IMG/VR virus record: IMGVR_UViG_3300025009_000004
Span: 1-64,000 of that record
DNA from: a virus
Length of the DNA: 64,000 bases
Direction: 5' to 3' (one strand)
A program made the translations under genes and the position numbers. Positions 18,302 to 30,194 of the stretch are shown piece by piece. The stretch's first letter is position 1. Each line of letters begins with the position of its first letter. Below the pieces are notes generated by a model. That model saw only the letters and a list, made by a program, of their open reading frames with translations, was not told the origin of the DNA and did no database searches.

Positions 18302-19126
18302 ATGTTAGAAATAAAAAATTGGAATGAAATTAAAAGACTAAGCATCGAGGTTATATCATTTGAATATGACGAAATCATATATACCCGCCATACGAATCCA
18401 GATGGTTCTATTGGTGGTTATGTTGCGGCAACAGCTACGGTTGAAGAAACTGTTTTCGTATATGACAATGCCCGTGTATGTGGCAATGCCCGTGTATGTG
18501 GCAATGCCCGTGTATATGACAATGCCCGTGTATGTGGCAATGCCCGTGTATGTGGCAATGCCCGTGTATATGACAATGCCCGTGTATATGGCAATGCTTA
18601 TGTATATGACAATGCTTATGTATATGGCAATGCTTATGTATCTGGCAATGCTTATGTATATGGCAATGCTTATGTATATGGCAATGCTTGTGTATATGGC
18701 AATGCCCGTGTATGTGGCAATGCCCGTGTATGTGGCAATGCCCGTGTATATGACAATGCCCGTGTATATGGCAATGCCCGTGTATATGGCAATGCCCGTG
18801 TATGTGACAATGCCCGTGTATATGGCAATGCCCACGTATATGACAATGCTTATGTATATGGCAATGCCCGCGTATATGACAATGCCCGTGTATATGGCAA
18901 TGCTTATGTATATGATGGCAAAATTAAAACCATGATAAAAACAATACAAATTTTCAGATATTGCGTTTCGATTACAGAAGAATTTGTATTTATCGGTTGC
19001 CAAAGATTCAAGATAGAGGATATAAAATTGATTACGTATAAGGAGACAAAAGCAATACAGCACGGCATCACGCAAGCACAATTTAGCATATTAAAGAAAA
19101 TGGTCTTGTTAGCAATTAAGTATTAA
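18302..19126 (+). CDS. Hexapeptide-repeat (left-handed beta-helix) phage protein
   Basis: H.NPDGS.GGYVA, 25 NA[RY]V[YC][GD] repeats, C-terminal IGCQ. Confidence 0.85.
   Translation: MLEIKNWNEIKRLSIEVISFEYDEIIYTRHTNPDGSIGGYVAATATVEETVFVYDNARVCGNARVCGNARVYDNARVCGNARVCGNARVYDNARVYGNAYVYDNAYVYGNAYVSGNAYVYGNAYVYGNACVYGNARVCGNARVCGNARVYDNARVYGNARVYGNARVCDNARVYGNAHVYDNAYVYGNARVYDNARVYGNAYVYDGKIKTMIKTIQIFRYCVSITEEFVFIGCQRFKIEDIKLITYKETKAIQHGITQAQFSILKKMVLLAIKY
18467..18916 (+). repeat. 25 x 18-bp coding tandem repeat
   Basis: Unit AATGCCCGTGTATATGGC with variants. Confidence 0.95.
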
Positions 19127-22100
19127 ACAGGAGGAACACATGACTAAAAAAGAAGCACATCAATTATTATTAGACTCTGACCATATACAATATCGCAAAG
19201 GTCGTTACTGTAAATCTGGCATATATACATTATATCATGGCGAATATGAACGCCCAGACTATCAGATTCGCAAAGTTAGAGGCAAAGATGATTGCGAAAT
19301 ATATTGCCGAGTTTATTTCTATTCTGGCACCTTCAACAATGATGTTAATCATGTCCTTAGCAATGATGATATCGCCGCCCTGCGGATATCTGCCATGTAT
19401 ATAAAGGAGAATTACAAATGAACAATAACAACCCGATATGCTCTTATTGTGGTCAAGATTACCATGGAGACACCCGTATCTTTTGTGAAGTATGTCAGAT
19501 GCAAGTATGTATTATGGCATTGAATGGAGGATTACGAAATGAAAAGTGTATTATTAGATATGCGCTTAGACAAATCATCAGATGATTTCATCGAAATATT
19601 GCGTATTACTCAAAACGATCTGGCAAACAAAAGCACGCAGAAACTTGCCCAAATTTATTTAGATTTGATAGATGTATACGATAACGAGCCGGCGCCGTTT
19701 AGCAATAACCAGATGCGTGTTATTAATGCTATTAAAGACCTTGGCTCTGATATATGGTCAACACTTGCACTACGCAAATATAACATGGCCAATTTAGTCG
19801 ATTACGTTGGCGATATCCAAATATTACATGACCATATTATGCAGCATATATCAGATGGCCAAGATGTTAGCGCAATCCTTCGTCGAACGGGACTAACAAC
19901 GGTTCCAGATGACATTGGCTCATTGTTTATTTCAGAATCAGATGACGGCGATATTATTCACCTATTCTCTATATTTGAAACTGTAGCGTATATGAGTGAA
20001 TCGCTAACTGCGCTCGTTATCAATGGAGAATGCACAGATAACTATGACTTTTATTTCCAAGAACAGTCTGAAAACAGACAGAAAGTAATCGAAGATACAT
20101 TTGAAAGGAGCAATGAATATTATGAGCAGTAGAAAAAACAGCGAATCGTATGACCCTGGTTGTCAATCAATCACGATGAGACAGGCCATCAATCGTATCA
20201 AGAAACTATTTCCTAACGATAAGGTTGAAATGGAAGTCAATTATCACGACATATCTGGCTTCGTAACACTACAAGACGGCAGAATACTATACATTAGCGC
20301 ATCTGACGAAAGATATTTCAACGATGTATATTCAAATATGCTCGTTAGGACAGCAAAACATACTAAAGACTGGACTGGCGGGCATAATAACTGGTTCAAC
20401 TTGTTTAAACATAATAGAGAACAGATAATCTCTATGTGCTATTGGAGGGAGGCCAATGTTTGACCGCAAAGATGCCGTATATAAATGCGATTTCTGCCAA
20501 AAAGAATTAATCTACATTCACTATATTTATTCCGAATACAATATGAGATTCCCAAACGAGTTATGTCGTACTTGTTTATCTCGCAGAATACATTTAACAA
20601 CGATAAAAAATAAGAAAAGATTTTGGAGGTCATATGATAACTAATGAAAACTTTGAATTAAAACTTAGAATACTCGCCCAACATCTCGAAACAGAGACAG
20701 ACAGCATATCTACGAATATGGCAGATGACTATCTCGTCTGCACTGATAAAGAAGCAGATGAAGCAGTTAAAGAAGCGGTACTTGATTCATTGTGGGCATT
20801 TAGACCATCGTTCATAGTATCACATATGGCATACAAACCCGAAAATTATCGTGAAAGAGATAGCACTGAAAAAGTACTCGAACATATGCAATTTCATCTT
20901 TGCGAGAGCGCCAACTGTATCGTTAAAAGCATGATAAAAGACATCGACCATTTTGTTGACGATGCGGTATCATCTGATGGTCGGGGCCATTTCTTAGCGC
21001 AATACGATGGAGACGAACATGAAGTGACCGTTGATGGCACTATGTATTTGGTTTATAGGCAAAATTAAAGGGGGTAATATGTCATTAGAAATCAGGCACA
21101 TAGAAGAATGTCCTATCATCCATGGTTTTGAACTAACTCCAGATGAAAAGAAAGATTTCGATTATTGGAAGCCAGATGAACTCGACGAACAGATGTTCGT
21201 TAAATATCGTGGCAATATCTACGATATATCACAATTTATGCGGCTACCCTATGGCATGACAGCAGAGCGCATAAAAGATGGCGCCTTTCATCCTTTCGGC
21301 AGGGAATGGGATTATGGCGGATATCATTCTGATTCATTCTATAGTGGCGTTCTGTGTTTAATGATAGATGATGAAACCGTTAAAATGGCAACATACATGA
21401 GTTAAAGGAGCACCACAATGATTGTATACCTCATAATAAATAAGTCAACAGGCATAATAATAGAGGCACACTTAAATGAGGATAGGTGCAAAGAAAGAAC
21501 ACGAGAATTTAACAAACAAGATAAATTATACTTTTACTTCTATATACACGTAATAGAATAAGGAGGAGTACATATGAGCATAAGAGGCATAATCGAGCGT
21601 AAAGGCAATGGCGATGTGGTAGTTTATAGACATGATCGCATTATCTATCCTAACGGCAATGAAGTTAAAATTAATAACGATCTCTTATTAGCTATCGAAG
21701 AGTTTCGAGCAGATGGCACGACATTTGTTGTAATGTATAAATAAGGAGTAATATGAATTTAAAAACAGAATTAGCAATTAAAGGAATCCTTGCATGTCGG
21801 TGCAAGGATTTAGATTATTCTGGCAAAAGATTTGAGGCAATTGTCCAATTACGCAGATTACATAAAAAACATCAACGTATATGCACAGATCAATGCAATG
21901 GCAAATTCAAATCACAAGAATCATATAACAAAGCAATAAGAAAAGTAGAAGATAAAATGCAACAGATCATAATGGCAGACGTTAGTTTGTCCAGATTATC
22001 AATCGAACATCAATATGACCCAAGGGGCATAACAACACATCTATTTTATAATAATAAATATGAACGCGATGGCCACACAGAAGATTGCAAATACAATATA

Positions 22101-24190
22101 ACAGATGCTTTATTTATATAGGAGGCAATATGAAAATAAAAATTAGCACACATCCTTATGAGGTAGACCATTTACAACGCCATACCCCTTGCCGTCATTG
22201 CAAATACGAATCACGGGGGTTATATTTCTTTAGCTATGTAATGAATCATGGCGATACAATCTGCCCTAAATGCAGAAAGCCAATTACATCTTTCTCAGGG
22301 AATGGGCTGCAATGTTATATCGACTTACAGAAACAATTCTTTGCTGACCTTAAAAAAGCAAAGAAGTCAACAATGTACTTCTATAAGAAGGTGGCTAAAT
22401 GAAAATAGTAGAATTAATTCTTGATAGTTGCGCCCAATGCCCCTTTATCAGAGGGAATAACCCATATTTTTGCCAATTAGTAGAAAGCTGTATAGGCGTC
22501 TTGCAGCCAGTGTTACAAGGCCATCAAGCATTTAGAAAGGATTGTCCTTTAAGAAGCATTCGTATGAACGAGCTTACCGATTTAATGGTTTCACTGTCAG
22601 TAATAAAGAGAGGCAAGAAGTAATGGCATTAATGAATCAAAAGAAATATTTTATCCATTGCATTAGAACAAGCAACATAGTTGCACAGTGTAATGAATGG
22701 AACATTAAACAAGAAAAGAACAAGTTGCCCATTGGCAAGTATATTGTAATGGGCCAAAACGTAGATTATACATTTGAAATAAAAGGAGAATGTTATGGAA
22801 TCGAATGAAAAGAAAACAATAAAAACGCCTAAATGCCCCTATTGTGAATCAAAAGCCTATACATACGAAATGAACTATATTGAAAATGAATCCTGTATAG
22901 TATTGGCGACATGTTCTAACTGTGACAAGGGATTTGATTTAACATTTGAATGCACAGCAATAACAAAAATGGAGGAATAATATGAATTTTGCAGAATTAG
23001 TTGCAGATGGCAGATGCCCAAACAAAAATTGTGATTTAGGTGGAGATATTGAAGAAAAAGCAACACATTATGATGGGAATGGCCATGTAATCATCAGTTG
23101 GGAATGCAATTGTGGAACATGTTGGGATATCGAGTATAAGCCCATTCAAGTTAAAGTAACAGATAAACCTAAAAATTATATACAAATCGAGGAGGAGTAA
23201 TTATGGGAACAAGAGGGCTTTATGGATTTTATAAGAATGGCGAAACCAAAACAGTTTATAATCAATATGATACTTATCCTGACGGACTAGGTGCTGTAAT
23301 GCTAAAGTTTATCAAACATTTACAATCATTCGATGGGCTAAGAAAACTCTTTGACAGGCTAAAAATAGTTAAGGAAGGGAAGAAACCTGGCAAGAAGCAA
23401 TTAGAACATGCACTGTCAATAATGAAACCTGATTTAAACGTATCAAGTCGGAGCATGAATGATTGGTATTGTATACTACGAGAAGCACAGAATAATCCAA
23501 TGGTTTATTCTAACGGACTTAAACTAATTCTTGATTCAACGGATTTTATTAAAGATAGTTTATTCTGCGAATGGGCATATATAATTAATTTAGATAACGA
23601 TACGCTTGAAGTATATGCTGGCGTCAACAAAGAGCATCAAGAAGATAATCGATATATGACTGACACGCCAGATGAAAGCGGCTATTATGCTTGCAAGTTA
23701 ATATCAACATATAATTTAGATATATTGTTATATATTGACGAAGAAACATTTATAAAAGAAGTCAACACCGCAGCCGGCAATGAGGAGGAAGAATAATTAT
23801 GGAGTGCGATATCTGTAGAAATCATGAATGGGTAAGACATTGTAGAACATGTGGTGGCGACTTTTATGATATGTGCATGGAAGGCAACATGGAGCATGAT
23901 GTTTATAGGTGCATGAATGGATGTATGCCCCCAACAATGGAATTATATATGGAAACTATACCAGATGAGGAGGAATAATTGAATATCTACGGCTTATATC
24001 AATATCAAGAACCTATCATACTTAATGGCAAGTTACATTATAAACTAACAATCAAGGGCAAAGATAAAATGTACAAGATTAATGCTAGACCGTCTGGCAC
24101 TCTTGATAAATTAAACAGAAACGATTATATCATGGCCGTCATCGATGATAGCATAGTTAAATCAATAATGGTATTAAAATAGGAGGAGCT

Positions 24191-24932
24191 ATGAACACTT
24201 TATATCAAGAAATCAACAACATATTTAAACAAGGAAGAACACCCAATATGATGAGATTCGATGGCAAGCAGACCGTAATTCTCAGAGAAGATGACTGTTT
24301 CACTGTCAAAATGTGGACAACAAATATCATTCAAGCGCATAAAGATGGCACAGTAATTCTCGATAGCGGCGGATGGTGGAGCGCTCCGACCACAAGAGAT
24401 CGGTTTAATCGTTTTATAAATAAAATAGGCTTTAATTTATTTAAACGAAAAAATCAACCAATACTGTTCGACAATATCATCGGCGCCGAATATCCTTTCT
24501 CTGATGGTCTTATATTAAAAAGAGTTGGTGGGGGGTTATGTCCCTAAAGGACCTGTTTCTACGGCAGATGTTAAGAAAAAAGATAAATTAATTAAATCAA
24601 TTAAAACATATATCAAAGGCTTTTATGAAGCATTTATAGCTAGAAAAATTTCTGCTCCAAGCGGAGGAGATTGCTGGTGCTGTATGGGCATTCCCGATTC
24701 ACAGCACTCTCATCTTTTAGCACATATTAAAGAAAAATATTATGTTCCTTCTCTTTTAAGTAACGCTGCTATTGAACATCGAAGTTCACTCTCTATTTAT
24801 GCTGAACATATTATGGCAACATGGGTAAACGGAAAGTTAGAAGCAGAAAACAATGAGTCAATAATTAAAAATCAGATATTTAAATGCCTAGATAAATATT
24901 TAATGGATAGACTTGTTTATAATAAAAAATAG
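24191..24932 (+). pseudogene. Single gene apparently split by a frameshift at a G6 run (24530-24535)
   Basis: Removing one G fuses ORFs 24191-24547 and 24525-24932 in frame; the second ORF lacks a convincing RBS. Confidence 0.55.
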
Positions 24933-25787
24933 GAGGAATTATGAAAATAGAAAGATATTATACATGCTTTGGAAGAAAGGTTATCGACGCTGGAGGACTT
25001 GGGCTTATTGAGAGCTTAGATAGATTATTAGTTAATATATGGACCTATGCAAATAAAAAGAAATGCGATGGCGTATTGTCACTTAAGTTCAGCAGTTTGC
25101 GATACTATCTAACTGTTGGAGAGATGGAGGCGCCTATGGACATTAAAGAGCGAATGGTTAATAATTTAATGGATTTAGACCAAGAAGAATATCAGTCGCT
25201 CTTTATCGAATTAATCCGTGCAAGTAAAGCAATATATTCAAGAATGAATGTTAGAGAAACATTCGAAATTAACCTTGAACCAACAAGGCAAATGAACGAA
25301 GAAGAATTGCATCGCTTGAACGACTATTATTGCATAACACCAGATTGTCTTAGCACCGATGTAGTATGCCTTAATACAAATGTAGACAATGGCGAAGAGG
25401 TAAACGAATATATATGCAATGAATGTGGCGCCAAATGGTCTTTATGGAAGCAGACAATATCTGGCATAATATTAAAGGAGGGCAAATAATGTTTTTCTTT
25501 GACTATCGCATCTATCATCGAACTTCACATAAAACAAAAACAATAACTAAATTCTCAGAACGATTGCTTGGGCATTACGAGAACATAGCAGAGGCAACGC
25601 AGCAATTTAATGAGATCGTTAAAGATTTCATGAGAAATAAAAGGCATAAGGTAGGCGATGAGCTTGTGTTGAAAAATAACTCTAAAACGATAGGCTCATT
25701 GAAGGTTGATGTAACGATTTATAATCCTGGCGTTAATATAAATACAAACAATATAGTAATTAAGAATAAAAGAAAAGGAGATTTAAT

Positions 25788-26321
25788 ATGAAATATAAAA
25801 CAATTTATTGTGACCCGCCTTGGCCTGAGTTTGGGGGCGGTAAAATTAAGCGAGGCGCAGATAGACATTATCCACTTATGTCAATAAAACAAATCATCAA
25901 CATGAAAGATTTTATCAGCGAAATATCAGAAGATAATTGTCACTTATATATGTGGACAACAAATAATTATCTACCATCAGCATTACAAGTAATAAAAGAA
26001 TGGGGATTTGAATATAAAACAATTATAACATGGCTTAAAGATAGGTTTGGGCTAGGACAATACTATAGAGGCATTACAGAACATTGCTTGTTTGCCGTTA
26101 AAGGAAATATTCCGTATAAAACAGCAGATGGCAAGCGACAACAAGGCATTACAGGACTTACAGCGCCTAGGCAAGAGCATAGTACCAAGCCAGAGATAAT
26201 GAGAGGCATGATAGAAAAAGTAAGTTATCCGCCATATATTGAACTATTTGCAAGACGAAAAGATAGTCAATTATGGCATTATTGGGGAAATGAAATAAAT
26301 AATGATTTAAAGGAGATTTAA
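25788..26321 (+). CDS. MT-A70 family N6-adenine methyltransferase
   Basis: IYCDPPW, HYPLMS, LYMWTTN, WGFEYKT..TWLK, EHCLFA, HSTKP, IELFAR. Confidence 0.92.
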   Translation: MKYKTIYCDPPWPEFGGGKIKRGADRHYPLMSIKQIINMKDFISEISEDNCHLYMWTTNNYLPSALQVIKEWGFEYKTIITWLKDRFGLGQYYRGITEHCLFAVKGNIPYKTADGKRQQGITGLTAPRQEHSTKPEIMRGMIEKVSYPPYIELFARRKDSQLWHYWGNEINNDLKEI

Positions 26322-27025
26322 CATGATAAATTTAACTCAATACTCTAATGAAATAATTTTAGTATGTAATTTAATAATATTCTTTTTAGGGACAAGAATG
26401 CTTTTTATGTTACATAAATTAAAATAATAAAGGAGATTTAATATGATAGATTATTTAGACATCGAATCAGCGCCTTGGGGAGTAGACTGTGTTCAAGTCA
26501 ATCCAAGCATTGATTACATGCCGGAAATGAAAGCAGAAACCATTAAATTTAAAGAAATGCTTGAGAAACGATTTGCTAAACTAATTGATAAAACAGACAT
26601 ATACTTTGTGATAGTAAAGAATCCTCATGATTTTGGAACTTATCTGTCAATTAGAGTTTATTTTCATGATGAGAATAAGAAACAAAGCGATGCAGCATAT
26701 TTTGTTGAAAGTAATTGTCCTGAAACATGGGAGGATGATACAGTATTTGATTGGCCGGTTAAAAAGATATTGGAGAAGGAGAAATAAGCATGGAGAATCA
26801 ACAAGCATACGACCTTTTACATCAGCACATACAAGATATATTAAATACAATTATAGATGTCAGAAAAGCGTATTCTGGAGGAGGGATGAATGTTAAAAAA
26901 GAAAATTATATAACCTTTCGCAATGACAGCGGAGACATAATAGATAAAATAGATGAAATAAAAGAAAAAGCTCAAGAATCGTTACATCTTATGTTTCTGA
27001 TTGACAACAGGGAGGAAAGTAAATA

Positions 27026-27151
27026 ATGAAAGTAAAAATATCAATCGGTAATACTAAAATGGGCAAGATACCAAGCGTATCATTGCCACCTATCAAATCA
27101 TGTGGCAATTGCAAAGATTGTGCGTCTAAATGCTATGCGAATCGAGCATAA
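27026..27151 (+). pseudogene. Truncated Gp88-like (Cys-cluster) phage gene remnant
   Basis: MKVKISIGNTKMGKIPSVSLPPIKSCGNCKDCASKCYANRA then stop. Confidence 0.5.
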
Positions 27152-27344
27152 TGAAATCGAAAACGATATCAAAGGAGAAATAAAATGAAAAAGAAAGAAT
27201 TTATTTCAGGATTCGCCATAGAGAAAATGGTCGCCAAACATTTAGATATTGAGGAAGAATGGATAGTAAGTATAGACATTAGTTTAAACGGGATTCGAGT
27301 TACGTATGATTCTCCAAGCGACGATAACGACTAAAATAAAACAC

Positions 27345-27373
27345 TTGACATATTTATAAAAGTATGATATAAT
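27345..27373 (+). promoter_or_regulatory. Consensus sigma70/sigmaA promoter
   Basis: TTGACA-N17-TATAAT with TG extension. Confidence 0.85.
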
Positions 27374-27401
27374 ATCTCTTAGCCTGTCAATTCAATTTAA
27401 A

Positions 27402-27971
27402 GTGAGGTATTTAATTTTGAAGAAAGTAGTTATTATTGCAGTAGCACTTTTTATTAGCACGTTTTGTAGCACATTTTCTTATGCATCAAATGAGATTAAG
27501 TTAAGGGCAACGGGATATTATATCGATATAAATTCTCAATCAGATATATCGGCACAAGAATTAGACGCCTTTTTGTCAAAAAGCGGATTGGCTGGTCTTG
27601 GCAAATGCTTCAAAGAAGTCGAATCTTTATATAATATTAACGCTGAGGCATTATCCGCGATTGCAATAGAGGAAAGTGGCTGGGGAAAGAAATGCGCCAA
27701 TACGAATAATCTTGTTGGATTTGAGGCAAGGCATAAATCTAAAAATAGATATGCTGCTTTTAAAAGCAAAGAAGAGTGTTTACATATTGTCGCAAAACAT
27801 TTAGCGAATAATTACGTCAAGCCTGGGCAAAAATATTTTTATAAATCTGCTATGCTAAAAGATATTAACCATTTTTATTGCGAACTTCCAACATGGAAAA
27901 ATAATGTGGGCAATATAGTCAAAAAAATTCAAAAATATAAAAATAATATACGAAAACATATTGATTTGTAA
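27402..27971 (+). CDS. Secreted glucosaminidase-domain (GH73-like) peptidoglycan hydrolase
   Basis: Signal peptide; AIAIEESGWG, NNLVG, FKSKEEC. Confidence 0.8.
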   Translation: MRYLILKKVVIIAVALFISTFCSTFSYASNEIKLRATGYYIDINSQSDISAQELDAFLSKSGLAGLGKCFKEVESLYNINAEALSAIAIEESGWGKKCANTNNLVGFEARHKSKNRYAAFKSKEECLHIVAKHLANNYVKPGQKYFYKSAMLKDINHFYCELPTWKNNVGNIVKKIQKYKNNIRKHIDL

Positions 27972-27998
27972 TTAAACATATGCTATTATAGAAAGGAG

Positions 27999-28196
27999 GT
28001 GATAAAAATGATACTAAAGCCAAAAGATGTAGCTAAAATTTTAAATGTTACTGTCAACACGCTACAGAGATGGGATAAAGAAAAAAAACTCATTGCTTTT
28101 AGAAATCCAAAAACCAATCGAAGATATTATACCAATGAATTAATAAGCGATTTTCTCCCACCGCTTCATGTCTTTATCGATGAGGATGTGAAATAA
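27999..28196 (+). CDS. MerR-like HTH protein resembling the IS607 TnpA DNA-binding domain
   Basis: LKPKDVAKILNVTVNTLQRWD.....AFR....RRYYT; own promoter at 27961-27989. Confidence 0.8.
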   Translation: MIKMILKPKDVAKILNVTVNTLQRWDKEKKLIAFRNPKTNRRYYTNELISDFLPPLHVFIDEDVK

Positions 28197-28197
28197 T

Positions 28198-29019
28198 ATG
28201 AGATATTTATACAAAATAACTAATTTAATTAATGGCAAGTCTTACATTGGACAAACAAAAAATTTTAAAAAAAGGATATGCCAACACAAAACATGTAAAT
28301 CAAAAACAGCAATACACTTAGCAATAATTCAGTATGGTTCTCAGAACTTTTCATACGATATCATAGGAACTTACGGACTAGATCAAATTGATGAAATTGA
28401 AAGAGAGTTTATTACTAAATTTAATACAATATGGCCCAACGGTTATAATTTAACACCAGGAGGTATATTCTTTAAAAATCAACACGAAGAAACAAAAAGA
28501 AAAATTAGTATAAAAAATAAAGGTAAAAAAGACCCTCCCTTTACAGAGGAACATAGAAGAAAAATATCAGAATCGCAAAAAGGGAAAAAACTATCCCCCG
28601 AGCACATTCAGATGATTAGAGAAAGAAGCATAGGAAGAAAATTATCAGACGAGACAAAAAAGAAAATATCCAGTGCGCATATGGGGAAAAAGTTAAGCCA
28701 AGAGACCATTGACAAAATGATAGGCCGGCCCTGCTCTCCAGAAACAAGAGCAAAAATGAGCCAGTCTCAAAAAGGAAGAACACACTCAGAAAAAACGAAA
28801 GAGAAGCTTAGAAAAATTAATTTAGGAAAAACGCCTTCGCTAGAAACAAGAACAAAAATATCTAAGTCTCTCACTGGGCGCCCATCCCCTAAAAAAGGCA
28901 CAAAAATGACAGACGAGCAAAAGAGAAAGTTATCAATTGCACATATGGGAATTAGACAAACGCAACAATCGATAAATAAAAGATTAGAAACAATGCGAAA
29001 GAAAGGGCTTATAAAATAA
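28198..29019 (+). CDS. GIY-YIG homing endonuclease with NUMOD3 repeats
   Basis: YLYKITNLINGKSYIGQT, NGYN, repeated SEET+.KIS..+.GK motifs. Confidence 0.92.
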   Translation: MRYLYKITNLINGKSYIGQTKNFKKRICQHKTCKSKTAIHLAIIQYGSQNFSYDIIGTYGLDQIDEIEREFITKFNTIWPNGYNLTPGGIFFKNQHEETKRKISIKNKGKKDPPFTEEHRRKISESQKGKKLSPEHIQMIRERSIGRKLSDETKKKISSAHMGKKLSQETIDKMIGRPCSPETRAKMSQSQKGRTHSEKTKEKLRKINLGKTPSLETRTKISKSLTGRPSPKKGTKMTDEQKRKLSIAHMGIRQTQQSINKRLETMRKKGLIK

Positions 29020-29535
29020 GCAACAGACATATGAATTACCAAAGTATGTCCATGCAGAGAAGATAGCATACATACATAACATTAGACAATATCCTAATTA
29101 TGGATTCGGAGAAAATATGGCAAGGAGATAATATGCAAGGCAATAGAATCATAGATTTAAAAAACGAAATAGATTATCTTAGAGGTTTAATTGAACAAAG
29201 AGATAATATGATATACGAGTTAAACGAAATGATTTCTGATTTAAAATCAGAATTGAGAGATATAAGAAATGATTAAGGAGATAAAACATGAGAATGTTTA
29301 AAGATTGGGATGAAGGCCCAGATGAAGATGGCGTCATGTGGCGAAATAAATATATCGAAAAACCGCTTAGATCAATAGATGTAATGCCAAAAGATACATT
29401 ATTCATATATAAGGATAACTTACATAAAATCTTAAATCAGTCCTTAGTACAAGAAGGATACGACATAGAGATAGACCATATTGAAATATCAGACGAAGGA
29501 CATTTATGTATCTTTAGAAAATATAAGGAGAGAAT

Positions 29536-30156
29536 ATGAGAATTTTGGTGGCATGCGAAGAAAGCCAGGCGGTGACCTTAGAATTAAGAGCGCTTGGGCA
29601 TGAAGCATATTCATGCGACCTATTGCCATGCTCAGGCAGTCATCCAGAATGGCATCTGCAACAAGATGTTATTCCGCTATTAGAACAAGAATGGGACATG
29701 ATAATAGCGTTCCCGCCTTGCATTGACCTATGCTCAAGCGGGGCGGCACATTTTGCACAGAAACGCGCTGATGGCCGACAACAAAAATCAATTGATTTCT
29801 TCATGGCTTTTGTTAATGCTAAATGCAAACATATCGCGATAGAGAATCCAATCGGCATCATGTCTTCAATGTATCGAAAACCAGACCAGATAATACAACC
29901 ATGGATGTTTGGCCACATGGAATGTAAATCTACATGTTTATGGCTAAAAGGATTGCCCAAATTAAAAGAAACAGATAATGTTAAAGACGAAATGATGAAA
30001 CTTCCTAAAAACAAGAGAGAAAGAATCCACTATCTTCCTCCAAGTAAAAATAGGTCAGTTCTTAGGTCAAAGACATTCGCTGGCATAGCAAAAGCAATGG
30101 CAATCCAGTGGAGCGAGTATATAAAATCTCTTGACATTAACTCTAAAATATGCTAA
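29536..30156 (+). CDS. Phage DNA cytosine methyltransferase-like protein
   Basis: ILVACEES, SCDL, AFPPC, IENP, RSKTF.GIA.AMA.QW. Confidence 0.8.
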   Translation: MRILVACEESQAVTLELRALGHEAYSCDLLPCSGSHPEWHLQQDVIPLLEQEWDMIIAFPPCIDLCSSGAAHFAQKRADGRQQKSIDFFMAFVNAKCKHIAIENPIGIMSSMYRKPDQIIQPWMFGHMECKSTCLWLKGLPKLKETDNVKDEMMKLPKNKRERIHYLPPSKNRSVLRSKTFAGIAKAMAIQWSEYIKSLDINSKIC

Positions 30157-30159
30157 AAT
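30131..30159 (+). promoter_or_regulatory. Promoter of the rep-like gene
   Basis: TTGACA-N17-TAAAAT with TG extension. Confidence 0.8.
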
Positions 30160-30194
30160 AAATTTATGATGTTTTAAAATTTTAAGAGAAAGGA

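Larger units (their letters stand above)
15848..27330 (+). other. Array of roughly 40 small co-directional hypothetical genes (early/host-takeover-like region)
   Basis: Dense short ORFs, nearly all with AGGAG(G) RBS (e.g. 16731-17357, 17444-18073, 19140-19421, 20634-21068, 21753-22121, 23203-23796, 24941-25489, 26443-26787). Confidence 0.75.

Noticed and set aside
18467-18916. Possible CRISPR array
   Set aside because: Contiguous 18-bp units with no unique spacers; in-frame coding repeat. No CRISPR array was seen anywhere in the window.
18356-19089. Alternative-frame and antisense repeat ORFs
   Set aside because: Shadows of the stop-free 18-bp repeat.
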